Assembly: GCF_006345805.1 (NCBI RefSeq) | Contig: NC_043012.1 | Location: forward strand, 43,710,001 to 43,774,000 | Source of the DNA: Octopus sinensis | Lineage: Eukaryota | Direction: 5' to 3' | Length of the DNA stretch: 64,000 nucleotides | Shown: positions 39,837-52,644 of the stretch, one piece after another | Layout of the letters: every line of letters starts with the position of its first letter | How positions within the stretch are numbered: position 1 is the stretch's first letter | Translations under genes and position numbers: made by a program | The notes under the pieces: model-generated | Databases searched by the model: none | The model's input: only the letters and a program-made list of their open reading frames with translations | What the model was told of the DNA's origin: nothing

Positions 39837-40275
39837 CTGGTAGAAAACTAAAAGAGGCAGCACATATGCTAGGACACAATAACCTCCTGAGCGTTTTCGT
39901 TTATACTGTTTGGGAGAAGGTTATTTTCAGATCTTGTTTTAATAAAGTTACATTCACTAACTTTCTTTTTATGTTCCACAAATGTTGCTTGCTGGCGTAA
40001 TTCTTTCGCAATAAAATAATTTAGTTCTGGGTGCAGGTCGTCCCAGTATGATTTCATTCTATTCATATAGCCAACAGCGGGGTCCTGTTTCTCTGGGGTT
40101 TTTTTTATTGACAGTTAAATAAATCAGTATTCAGTTCATAACTCCAAGAAAATGTGTTTTGTAGTTAAGGTTTCTTCTATAACTACAGCTAGAAGGAGTC
40201 TCTTTGCCTGTTGAGCTGCTGTTTTCATTCTGATCTTCGGTTGTGTTGTTGATGTTGCCGTGTCCAGCCATGGTA

Positions 40276-41545
40276 CGAGGGACGTTCAATAAGTAATGCC
40301 CCTGACCCATTTGCCGTTGTTTGATCTAGCTGCAATTTTGCATGTGCACTCATTTATATCTCTATAGAGTAAGTGACAAATTACAGCTCTGAACTAATTG
40401 TGGTTTCTGATTTACAGGTGTTTGAACTGAGTCAAGTGTGAAATGGAGGCTGTTGAGTGTCGAGCAGTGATCCGGTTTTTGTATTTGAAAGGACGCACAC
40501 TACGGGAGACTTTTGATGAAATGAAAGTAGCTTATGGTGATGATGCCCCATCATATGACCTTGTAAAACGCTGGGATCGGGAATTCAAACATGGTCGGAA
40601 CTCTGTGGAAACAGCTCCCAGATCTGGTCGCCCCCTTCTGCCATTGATGAGGCATCTGTCCGTCAAGTTGAGGCTGCCATTTTGGAAGATCGACGCATAA
40701 TTATTCGCCAAATAGCCCATGAGGTCAAGATTAGTACCGGGTCTGTGGAAACTATCATTCATGACCATTTGCATATGCAAAAGGTGTCTGCCAGATGGAT
40801 TCCCAGGTTGCTCACGCCTTTCCAGAAGCAAGAACGCGTCGAGTGATCGAGGATGAATTTGGAGATGTGCCAAGAAGATGAGTCAAAATTTTTCAAAAGA
40901 CTGATTACACAGGATGAAAGCTGGGTCCATCACGATGATCCAGAGACCAAAGCCCAGTCAATGCAGTGGAAGCACCGTGACTCAACCCCTCCAAAGAAGG
41001 CAAGGGTGCATCCCTCCGCTGGCAAGGTCATGCTCACAGTCTTCTGGGACCAGGACGGAGTAGTGATGACAGATTTCCTGGCAAAGGGTACCACAATTAC
41101 AGGAGCCTATTATGCTTCACTTTTGAGGAAATTAAGAGAAGTTATCAAAATCAAGAGGCGGGGCAAGATCAGCAAAGGCATCCTCTTCCTGCAGGACAAC
41201 GCTCCGGTCCACAACTCGCTTGTCGCCAGATCAGAAGCACAGGCGTATGGCTATGAACCCTGTGACCTTGCACCCTCTGATTTTCACCTCTTCCCAGTCA
41301 TGAAGTTGTTTTTGAAAGGAAAGCGTTTCCCAGATGATGCAGCCTTGATTTCTGAAGTCACGTTCAGGTTGGAGGACCAAGCTGGGGTCTTCTACAAAAA
41401 CGGTCTCCAGAGCCGCATCAAACGAGGTAGAAATGCGTAACTCTGGGTGGTTCCTATGTAGAAAAAGACTAATAACTGTGCCAAGTTTCGTTGCTCTACT
41501 GCTATAGGAAGTGGGTCAGGGGCATTACTTATTGAACGCCCCTCG
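40276..41545 (+). mobile_element. Full-length mariner (irritans/Hsmar2-like) with TIRs and TA target duplication
   Basis: 34-bp TIR CGAGGG(A/G)CGTTCAATAAGTAATGCCCCTGACCCA at both ends with one mismatch; TA on both flanks; 1270 bp. Confidence 0.95.
40443..41440 (+). pseudogene. mariner DD34D-type transposase pseudogene
   Basis: MEAVECRAVIRFLYLKG..., frameshift after SGRP (~40633), ARWIPRLL, TGA at ~40844, ITQDESW, LQDNAPVH, short deletion before DLAPSDFHLF. Confidence 0.92.
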
Positions 41546-41879
41546 TAAACTCATGCTTTAGACAAAAACTAGAATAAAAGGCTCCCCCAGCTAATTTATC
41601 TGAAGATTAACCAGTTATTTAACAAAGCTGATAGTTGTGGCTTCAAAGTTGGAGATAGTATTCATCGTATTTTCGATAAAGAATCTCCCTCGCCAAATAC
41701 GCGACTTATCACTCCGAGTGTGTGTGTGTGCGTGTGTGTGTGCGTGTGTGTGTATGTATGTATGTATGCATGTATGTATGTATGTATGTATGTATGTATG
41801 TATGTATGTGTGTGTATGTATGTATGTGTGCTTGCAATATGTACTATGGATGTATGTGTGTGTATGTATGCATGTATGT

Positions 41880-42495
41880 ATATGTGCAGATTTGTATGTT
41901 TTGCTTTATGTATGTATTCTCAAGCATATAGTTACATATCTAGACTTGCCCTTATATATTTAAATGGTTAGCTTTTGGAAAGTTTTACAGATTTTTACAG
42001 TTCCACTGATGGATTGGATCTGTAGTCGTCGAATTAGCTTTAACCTTTCTCGCTCAAGATTGGTATTTAGACAGTGTGTTACATATCCCAGGGCCTAATA
42101 ATTACATGTATAAGCCTGAACTTGTAATCCGGATAGAGTAACTGTAGATTTCTCAACAGTTCAGCATAGGTGTTCTCTTTTTCACTGATCTTCAGCTTTA
42201 TGTTAACATCCGCCGGGCAGCTAATTTCCACAACTCTGCACAGTTTCTCTTCTCTACCCCATATCATTATACCAGATCTGTTGTGCTTACGTTTTGTTGA
42301 GGTTTTTACTGGGACATTCCACCAGTACTCCTTTTTATTAGTTCTAACTACAACATCGTTCTAACTACAACATCATGTCTCGTCGGTAGATAATGCCGTG
42401 ATGGCATTTTCGGACAACTGCTTATCATGTGGGTGATATCTTAGGTGTGAACTACATAAAGTTTGCATTGGCTGACATATTTCCTTGTTTTTCCT
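41880..42495 (-). mobile_element. 5'-truncated second copy of the R4/Dong-like LINE 3' end
   Basis: HNRSGIMIWGREEKLCRVVEISCPADVNI..KENTYAEL; 3' UTR homologous to 37790-38040; both ends abut (TATG)n. Confidence 0.85.
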
Positions 42496-42974
42496 TATGT
42501 ATGTATGTATGTATGTATGTATGTATACGATGAGCTTCCACAAAGTCTCCGTCTACCAAATCCACTCACAAAGCAATGATCGGTCCGGAGCTATAGATCA
42601 AGTCACGTATCCAGCGTTAAAGATTAGAGAAAAGAATATTCCTGTGCTGAAGTAATGAGAAATTAGTTATTTTCGATTTATAGCTATGTTTATTCTAACC
42701 ACTTGGATTTATAACTAACTGTGAAGGTGGGCTCCACAAATCACTAAATTAACAAAGGACACTGCTAAATTAAAAATTACAATTACAAGAGATTATTGTC
42801 TCTGTCGAAATATGTAAAACATTCCAGAGGTTTAGAAAGTAATATGTGTATGGATACATGTGTTGACATTCACGTATGTACCTGTACACATATATATGTT
42901 AAAACATAGATCCATTTATGGAATGACGTCCACATTTGCATGTATGTATGCGTGGGCGCATGCATATATACATT

Positions 42975-43320
42975 CTGAGATTCTGAGACCCACTTCGGTC
43001 ACGACACTGACCATGGGATTACACCTAAAAAGTTACCCTCCCAGGCACAAGTCCGGGTAAGGTTGTTTATGGAAGACCAGCAGTCGCCCATGCATACCAG
43101 CCTCCCCTCTCTACGCCACCAGTGTTATCCAAGGGAAAGGTAAAGGCCGATACAGCTTGGCACCTGTGACGTCGCAACTCATTTCTACAGCTGAGTGAAC
43201 TGGAGCAACGTGAAATAAAGTATCTTGCTTAAGAACACAACATGCAGCCCGGTCTGGGATTCGAGCTCACAACCTCACGATCGTAAGATCGACGTTCTAA
43301 CCACTGAGCCATGCGCCTTC
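42975..43320 (-). mobile_element. tRNA-derived SINE family C
   Basis: Minus head GGCGCATGGCTCAGTGGTTAGA...GAGCTCGAATCCC (A/B boxes), central GTGTTCTTAAGCAAGATACTTTATTTCAC...CACTCAGCTG domain, structured 3' tail. Confidence 0.8.
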
Positions 43321-43364
43321 ACATATACATAAACATATACATATAAGTATAAAATATGCGTGCG

Positions 43365-43418
<54 letters not shown>

Positions 43419-45039
43419 ATGCATACACACTAAAGACGCATGCTTTCAACTCATTGTATTTTGATTGTTCACAATAATATATAGCCCGTATGTCAAGAAA
43501 GATTTTACAAAGATTTACAGATTTGGACTAATGTTTAACAGTTATATGCTGAAGTGAGTTATATGTTTAGAAAAATTTCACTTATAGTTGACAGTATGTT
43601 ACTTTACTATTATACCGTTAACATAGTTTTGTCCGAAATGAAATATTTACGCTTTTCAGTGAAGAATAGATATGTAATTGATGTTACAGGATATCTTTCT
43701 CGAGAAAAGTATTTTCTGAAATTATTTCCTATTTTCTTTTATCCCGCAAACAATTGAATTTCGTGTTATTGTAAGCAGTTTAGCTTTAGCCTATTATTAG
43801 ACGATGAAAGAAATACAAGAACAGAAAAAGAAGATTAAGAGAATCGACTATATAAACTGCAAAGCTGAATGAACACGTCAACGTATATTATCTCAGTATC
43901 TCAAATGATTTTAATTACATTCTTCTGATAGACAGCCACTCAAATATTATGCGTAGATGCTGATTTATTGAAGCAATTCTGTTAGAAAACCAAAGTGTAT
44001 ATATGTAGAAGAAATTAAATAATAACAACTAAATCTACGAGCAAGCTTCTAAGTTTGTGATAATCAGAGATTTATTCAAGATACTCGAGAAAAAAAATAT
44101 ACGAAAATCGGTAAGGTAATGTCGTCATCGAGAATTTTTGTACAACAATTTAATTACTTCATAATGAAATAAACAACTACTTATACAAAATTTTTTGAAA
44201 ACTCACGATGTGCTTTTGTTTAAGCGAATTATTTCAAAGATCGGATCTAGGTTAATCAGAATCCTACCATATATTAATTAACACATTCATTAACCATTTT
44301 GTTTTCCACTTTGAGTGAAGCATTAATATTTCAGAATCAATTTTGCGGCGAAAGTAAGGCTAGTTTTATCAGCAAGTTCTAGTTATTTTCTCCTTTTATA
44401 TCTGGATGTAGAAAATTGACTGCTTCTTTATCTTAAGTCGCCCCGCAAAAAATTCATTTTTTTATTTTTGTTATTGTGGTATTTCTATGTAAATAGTTTT
44501 TGCTTTTGAAAGTAATTAAATATGGCTTCATCTGTACTGATGTTTCTAATTTCTATATTGGACATCAGTTTTGCACTGTCCACATTCCAGCAACAGAGTT
44601 TTATCTAAATAAGCGCACTGAAATAAGTAAACCACTTCTTATGCCTATACCGAGTACATTTATACATCTCACACACACACACGTGCACACACATATATAA
44701 ATAGAGCTATGTGATATAAAATTCTTTCGACAATCAGATGTTCACAACTCCTGTTGATATTCGTGCAAGTAGTACTTCAAACTAACTCTGATAGATATTT
44801 AAATATGAATTTATAGCATATAACAACTAGTAGCTAATCAGGGCAATCAATTTCCCCTTAATGTATCACTGTAGATTGGACAAAACTAAGTTGGAATTTG
44901 ATTTCAGATATGCCCCTTAATTATGATCAGTTCCACTATCTTTTGAGGTTTTTAAATTCAGTTTAGTGTTTCGTATTCAATTTTTACACTTTTAACTCCA
45001 AAATTACAGTTCAATATAAATATCGTCTACTACTTAAGT

Positions 45040-46551
45040 CCTTCCACTTACATCCTTCCCCTTAAGTTATGACGGGATTTCGTGTGCAGCTCAGTCAAAA
45101 GCAGCAATATGGAAGAAGGAAGAGAAATTATTACAACAAGATTTCGCAAATCTATGATATTTTGCAAACAACTTGCTCATGCAAGTGCTACCAGACAAAG
45201 GCTTTGCATGCCGAAGCCAGCAAGTGTATGGAGTCATCAGGAGAGAATGCGTCCTGTTGTACACCGGCCCCCTCACTGACATAAGAACACGCTTCGTAAA
45301 TCAGCTGGTTAGCAGATATAGTTCAATATTCTTCTAGCCATCGTCCGTCGTTTCTTTTTCAACAAATCCAGTAGCTAGCCTTCTCCACTGTAGTTTGGAT
45401 ATCGCTCATGGTGGTATTTGCTTTACGATGAGTTAGGCCTAACGATAACAACAGTCACCTCACACTGTGTCCAACGAATCGTCTACGTCCGACTTCGACT
45501 GGAAAATGCTCCGCCTTCCAGCCTGCGTCTTCACATTCCTCGCGGATGTTTACATACCAGTCAACCTTTCGAACCCGAGCGGCGTCCATGTTATCTTCGA
45601 ACCGTTAACTCGATTAGATTCACCACTTTCTTTTTTTCTTTCATACCACATTATAATATCCGGTTTTTTCATAACTGGGATAAGAAAGAATCCTTGGCAC
45701 TCTGGTAAATCGGTAGCCACCACCCAATAGCCTTTCTGCTTTGCATCGCTCACGGGAAGGTTCCCCTTCTTCTTGGAACGGATCTGCTGTCCGTCCTGAG
45801 TGCAAGAAGGTAATGAAATCTCTGTCTGGTTCTTTCAAGGTTTTTTTTCCACCGTTGATGAGAGCAATCTGGTTCTTTATAGCGTTGAAGATAACCTTAA
45901 GGAGCAGATTGTGTCTCCGCGTATATCTGTTCAATGCCAGTAAACAGTTGGAAAGAATATGTTTCAGTGTTCCGACTTTTCGGCATTTGCATATATCATT
46001 TTCTGAGACGTCCCATCTTACTAGATTTGTAGGTGATGGCAAGACATCATAAAATGAACGAATCAGAAAACTTAGACGTGGTGTAGTCCACCTCCGTATC
46101 TCATTCCATCTTATTTTCCTCTTAACAACACGTTCCTCCCATCTCGTCATCTGTCCTTGCTGAGCGCATTGGATCAAATGAATCTCTCTTCTCTCTGTTT
46201 CACTTGTTTCGGCGTTGTTGCTAACAACAGATCTGCGTTCGCTTTGCAACATACTTGCAAACGGTCTGAATCGATCTGCACCAAATGTGCGTTGCACCCA
46301 CCATATCTCGGTGTGTAAGTGAAGACAGAATGTCATCAGTCTCTGCTTCTGCTTTCCACTTCCAGGCTATTTTACATCTGGTGGATTACGCCTCATTTTT
46401 ATGTCATTCGACTCTCTCAGCATCATCACCGTTCATTCCTTCCCTAGTTTATGAATTTCGACTATTGACGCCAGTAGTAACGGCAACGAGCCTCTTTTAC
46501 GATAGAAAGTTGAACCGTTCAATATCTGAGGTAGGCCTAGCCACTTTCTAA
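45040..46551 (-). mobile_element. HERO-like non-LTR retrotransposon 3' part (post-RT, CCHC, RLE)
   Basis: IRKWLGLP; AQQGQMTRWE; LSFLIRSFYDVLPSPTNLVRW; CKCRKVGTLKHILSNC..ALNRYTRRHN; KKPDIIMW...LIELTV. Confidence 0.88.
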
Positions 46552-47483
46552 TGAACACATTACACTGTTGTGTTTGGGGAGAGTCATTTTCTTTTTGTGC
46601 CTTATAAAACGAAACATTACACTGTATTAAAATTATTATATACACACTTACGAAGTTTAACATAAACGCTTTCTGAAACTATTCTTCAGATGGACATTTT
46701 CTCTAAATGGAACGAATCAATTTCTTCATTAACTACAATGCGATGTCTAAAGCACTTTCCATTAATTTTCAATTGATTATTTCCAATTACAGCTCTCTAA
46801 CTTCAGTGGTATTTTTATCCATTATTCGTTCAGTTCCAATATCTCTTGTCTTCTAAAACTTAGACACAATTCAATGGATTAAAATGTAACTATACAACAC
46901 CTAAAATTACTAGGAAATCTGTAGGACATTTAAAAATTCCTTTTGGCTTCTGCTACTACACTTCTTGTGGTTATTTCTTTTTTATTTTCGGTCTTTCACC
47001 CCTCTTACCTTTTTCTCCATTTACTTTTCTTTCATCTTTCGTTTGTCTTTGTATTTTCTTTTGTTTACCACTTCATTCACCCTTTCATTGTATTCTCAGA
47101 AATGATTGTTTTCATCCACTTTCTCCTGATTTTCCTCTATAATCGTCACCAACATCTCCACTCTCTAATTCTTCTTCACCACTATTTTACTCATTGCTTT
47201 TCCTTCTTTTTGTCCACACTCCGCATATCTTCTTTCATAACTTCGCATTTTTTATCTATCAGAGTTTGCATAAGTAACTATAATGGTTAAATGGTACTGT
47301 TACGCTATATTTCACCGACAAAAAGAAAGAAAACAAACTGAAGAACAGAAGTTGTCTGGTAACGTTCTTATCTTCCTGCAGTGTCAGACGGAAAGACGTT
47401 ATGACAACGAAAGTAACGTACTATTTTCTTCCCTATATCCCCGCACAGTATTTCACACACACACACGCTAGTGCATATGTGTA

Positions 47484-47574
<91 letters not shown>

Positions 47575-48323
47575 TACATACACACACACACACACCACAC
47601 ACACACACACAACACTGCTTTCCCACTAATGATTTTTGCTTTGTGGATTTATAATTATACACATACATATATATTTTCTAAAATAACACAAAGAAAATTG
47701 TATCATGTGTCATTTATCTCTCTTTCTTGGACTGCAGTGACACAGACAGTTAACCACACATAATATACTGAAGAATTACGTTGAGATAAGCAACCAGTGA
47801 ATCAAGTCAAGTAAAGAACGTACCACTAGAAACTCCAGTCTGCTGTAAACTTTCCTTCATATACATACTGTGTTGTGCTAATGCCATCTAGAGAGATTTT
47901 AACATCAATCCATCACAATCTCCTACAATCCTAAAAAGCCAATATAGACAAATTTTGTGAAAGTTTCCAAATATCCTGCTGTAGTTGAACGAATTTTACG
48001 GTAATATTTTTGCGGTAATAAGGATTTGGTTATGTTCAGTTAACATAGAATAGATTATCATCAGATTCTCTTATGGTTTTCTCCAGTAGTTAGCACCAAA
48101 GGGACAGTATTTTCGTGTCACTAAACTACAGAACTTGTGTAATCTTATTTGAAAAATAAGAGTGCATTGTGTAAATCTCCTGACTTTTACAAACGCCAGA
48201 CTTGTAAAAAATAAATACGTATTAATTTATATCGCAAATTATATTAATAATGTACTGCAGTAAGTAATTTATCAGATTACTTAACCGTTGTATATTGCTT
48301 ACATGCTTTGTGTATACAGTAAC

Positions 48324-48562
<239 letters not shown>

Positions 48563-48673
48563 GTAAAAAAAATACAACCTGGGACAAGAACGCAAAACAT
48601 TTAGAAGACGATACAAAAAACACAATCTTCCGTCAAGAACCGGATCATCCTCGCAATTTCGGCTGATTATATG

Positions 48674-48706
<33 letters not shown>

Positions 48707-48761
48707 ATATATAATTATTAAGACTGAAAACGTAGAGATCTAATGGATCAATTAACATATT

Positions 48762-48840
48762 CACCGACAATTGTTTCATTTCACAACCAAAATTATATAT
48801 AATCTTTTTAAAATACCTTGGATGGAAAATCATCAGGGTG
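48762..48840 (-). ncRNA. Type-I hammerhead ribozyme
   Basis: Minus strand: CACC-CTGATGA-T-TTTC...GAAA-T-GAAA-CAATTG-T-C-GGTG. Palindromic ACAATTGT, GUC triplet, stem I CACC/GGTG. Confidence 0.78.
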
Positions 48841-48970
48841 CACAAAGGACAATACAAAGATTACATTATGATCCGTTAAAATAAACATGATTGATATACA
48901 ATCAGGTTTATTATGTATGGATATGTGTGTGTGCACGCATGCGCTAATGTTATTACTTCATTTTTAGTTC

Positions 48971-49170
<200 letters not shown>

Positions 49171-49529
49171 GAAACATTATTGTTCCTAAATTTCTCAACG
49201 AGAGATACTCAGTGACAGTACTTTACACTAAAGGTTATTTGTAAACCTAATGTGACAGTCCCGGTTGCTACTGTTGTTTAGCCTCAGGAGACATCGTCTC
49301 CAGCTGGCTACACGACACACAATCTATATCCTTATATTTTCGAAAAGGGGAGTTTAGCCCCCACCCCACCCCCCACCCAGCACAAAGTAGTATTTGTGGA
49401 CCGCACAATAATCGTGAATAAGGAGTTATAGTATATAAGAGTAAAATTACATAATGAATAAAACACAGTAAAAGTGAAATAAAATTTATGTTCATGAACT
49501 AAAGTTTATACTCATGTTTGTATAAGTTT

Positions 49530-49563
49530 GTGTGTATGTGCATGCGTATATGTATGTATATGA

Positions 49564-49613
<50 letters not shown>

Positions 49614-49939
49614 TAGAATAGAACTTGTGTAATCTTATTTGAAAAATAAGAGTGCATTGTGTAAATCTCCTGACTTTTACATGTATGTGTGTGTACATGT
49701 GTATTATGTATGTGTATGTTTATGTATATGTATGTATATGTATATGTATATGTATGTGTGTGTGTATATGTATATATGTGTATATATATGAGTGTACGCG
49801 AGTATGTCGATGTATATGTAGGTATGTAGAGTTATGTGCATGTGCAGGTATGTGAGTGTAGATACAAATTGTAGATGTGTATATATGTGTGTGTGTGTAT
49901 ATATACATGTATATAGGTATATGTATGTGTGTGTATATG

Positions 49940-50006
<67 letters not shown>

Positions 50007-50099
50007 GCGAGTATGTAGAGATATAAGTATGTGCATGTGTATATGTCTATATATGTGTGTATATATATGTATGGGTATGTGTATGTGTATGTATGTATG

Positions 50100-50130
<31 letters not shown>

Positions 50131-50431
50131 GTATGCAAATACGTATGCATGTATGTATGTATGTATATGTGTATGTATATATGTGTGTAAGTGTGTGTAT
50201 ATATGTAAATGTAAGTGTGTCTGCTTGTATGAAAATGTATGTATGTCTGCACACATGTATATATGTGTGTGTATGTGTATATGTATATGTATATGTGTAT
50301 ATGTGTGTGTATATGTATGTATATGTGTATGTATGTGTGTATGTATGTGTGTGTGTGTGTATATATATGTGTATGTGTGTGTATATGTATATATATATAT
50401 ATATATATATGTATATGTATATATTATATAT

Positions 50432-50465
<34 letters not shown>

Positions 50466-50478
50466 ATGTGTGTATGTG

Positions 50479-50517
<39 letters not shown>

Positions 50518-51208
50518 GTGTGTGTGTGTATACATGTGTGTATGTGTATGTATGTATGTATATATATGCGTGTGTATGTGTATGTGTATATGTACATATG
50601 CGCGTACGCTCGTGTGTTTATGCATATGTAGGTACGTAGAGTTATCTATGTGTGTATTTATATGCACATGTGTGTAAGTATGTATATATATGTATATATG
50701 TATGTGTATGTGTGTGTGTGTATATATATATATGTATGTATATATGTATGTGTATGTGTATGCGTATATATGTATGTATGTGTATATGTATATATATATA
50801 TATATATATGTGTGTAAGTTTATATGTATGTATCCGTCTATATAATAGGTAACTGCACGTACATATACTTAATATTTATTATTTATTTTTTGAGTATGCA
50901 TGTACGAATAACTGCGCGTATATATATTTTACTATTTACTTATTTTTTGAGTATGCATGTAAGTATGAATATAAGGAGGCGCGTGTGTGTGTGTGTGTAT
51001 GTGTAAGCATAGATACATGTATACTTTTACGCATGTGTGTACTTATGTGTATATATGGATGCGCGCGTGTGTGTTTGTATGTATGGGTACGCATGTACAT
51101 GTGTATGTGCGTGTAGTGTATATATATGTATATGTGTGTGTATGCGTATGTGTGTGTATGTATGTGTGTGTGTATATATGTGTATATATATATGTGAATA
51201 TATATATG

Positions 51209-51257
<49 letters not shown>

Positions 51258-51995
51258 ATTTGTATGTAGGTGTATATGTATGTGTGTGTATTTATATTTA
51301 TTGGTGTATATATATAGACTAGCCTTCTAAGAGTGTAGACATAAATCTGTAGGTACGCGTACGTATGTGTATATACGTGAATGTATGTAGATGGATGTAT
51401 GTATGAATATAACGCGTGCGTGCGTGAGTGAATGAGTGCTTGTTTTCCAGTAGACAGATAAATGGACCGGCTGTCATAGCCAAGATGTTTGTGACCAAGC
51501 GGCCAAAGATAACAAAAGTAATAAACGAAGATAATAAAATTAAAATTAGGGAATGGGTCTGTATTTGTATGTGTATATATATGTGTGTATGTGTAGGTTT
51601 GTATAGGTACACATATGTATATATATACATGTATGTATATGTATGTATGTGTGTGTATATGTGTGTGTATGTGTATATATGTGTATATAGGGACTAGTGT
51701 GCTGTGTGTGCATGTGTGTGTGTGGATATGTGTGTGTATGCGTGTATGTGAGTATGTGTGTGTATGTGTATATATATTTTTCTGTGCGTATATGTATGTG
51801 AGGTCGTGTGTGTATATATACATGTGTGTATACGTGTATGCATGTGAGTGTGTGTATGTATACATATATGTATATGTATATGTATGTGTATGTGTAAGTG
51901 TATATATATGTATATATATGTGTGTGTATGTATGTGTGTATGTATATGTATATATGTTTGTATGTGTGTGTATGTATGTATACATGTGTGCATAG
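49530..51995. repeat. ~2.4 kb degenerate (TA/TG/TATG)n array
   Basis: Seen directly; source of the many Y/I/H/T/C/V-rich spurious ORFs. Confidence 0.95.
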
Positions 51996-52240
51996 GTATA
52001 AGTGAGAATCTCCTTATTTACCTAAAACTCTATTCCCCCTTTTTTTATATATAGGTTTTTTTATATATAGGTTTTTTATTTTATTTTTTATCTTTTTATT
52101 TATTCTTCTATCTAATTTAACACTGACTCCTTGACCACTCCCCCAAGTATGATATTTTACGCTATGCCTACCCCCAAAAAAGTCCCCCACCCCGTTAAAC
52201 CTGCCTAAATGTATAAATGCCAATACAATTCTTGTTAACT

Positions 52241-52291
52241 AGCTTCCTGAAGATTTCTCTTGAATGAAACAGTTCTAGTCCTGTAGAAGCT
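52241..52291 (+). ncRNA. Type-I hammerhead ribozyme
   Basis: AGCTTC-CTGAAGA-T-TTC tctt GAA-T-GAAA-CAG ttctagtc CTG-T-A-GAAGCT. 6-bp stem I, 4-bp stem III, GUA triplet. Confidence 0.8.
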
Positions 52292-52298
52292 CCTTCTA

Positions 52299-52331
<33 letters not shown>

Positions 52332-52520
52332 GTATATTCTGTTGTGTCTGGAGAGTCATTTTATTTTTGTGCTTTATAATATAACACACTCACCGGTAAA
52401 ATTTCCACTTGTTTCTTATTTTTATTTTTCTAAAATTTTCGTTACGTCTTGCAACCTTTTCAACCAAATCCAAAAACGAAATATATATATATACTTTATT
52501 TAAAAGCAGCAGAAATATAA

Positions 52521-52644
52521 CAAAAGCTGTTACTTGGAGTTTCACGTTCCCGTTCGTCAGACAGTTTTGTTTTAACAAATGCTGTTACTCGGAGTTTCAC
52601 GTTCCCGTTCGTCAGACAGCTTTGTTAACTGTTCGTCAGACAGC
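52521..52644 (-). ncRNA. Two tandem minimal hammerhead ribozymes plus a third half-copy
   Basis: Minus strand GCTGT-CTGACGA-ACG ggaa CGT-GAAA-CTC c GAG-T-A-ACAGC (52581-52620), a near-identical copy at 52526-52565, and a partial copy at 52631-52644. Confidence 0.85.

Larger units (their letters stand above)
37790..41716 (-). mobile_element. R4/Dong-like LINE, near full span but decayed, interrupted by a hammerhead element and a mariner
   Basis: Minus frames: MNRMKSYWDDLHPE..LRQQA (N-terminal), EQAAEKKEVWGYAEQLLINK, RGIFQGDNISV, VDDLKLYA, KIWTLELSAINK..FAVPVL, HVNNDVDRLYL, and RLE-type HNKRDVVIWDREEKLCIIVEISC. Confidence 0.85.

Noticed and set aside
46655-46692. Hammerhead-like CTGAAGA...GAAAGCGTTT on the minus strand
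   Set aside because: No stem II and only a 3-bp stem I; compatible with chance
49530-52054. Long ORFs up to 349 aa (and similar ones at 13, 14, 16, 27, 41, 47-48 and 58 kb)
   Set aside because: Translations of TA/TG/CA microsatellites that lack stop codons; no protein-like complexity
52521-52644. CRISPR-like repeat array
   Set aside because: Eukaryotic context, no cas genes, only 2.5 units with a ~15-nt linker; the unit folds as a hammerhead
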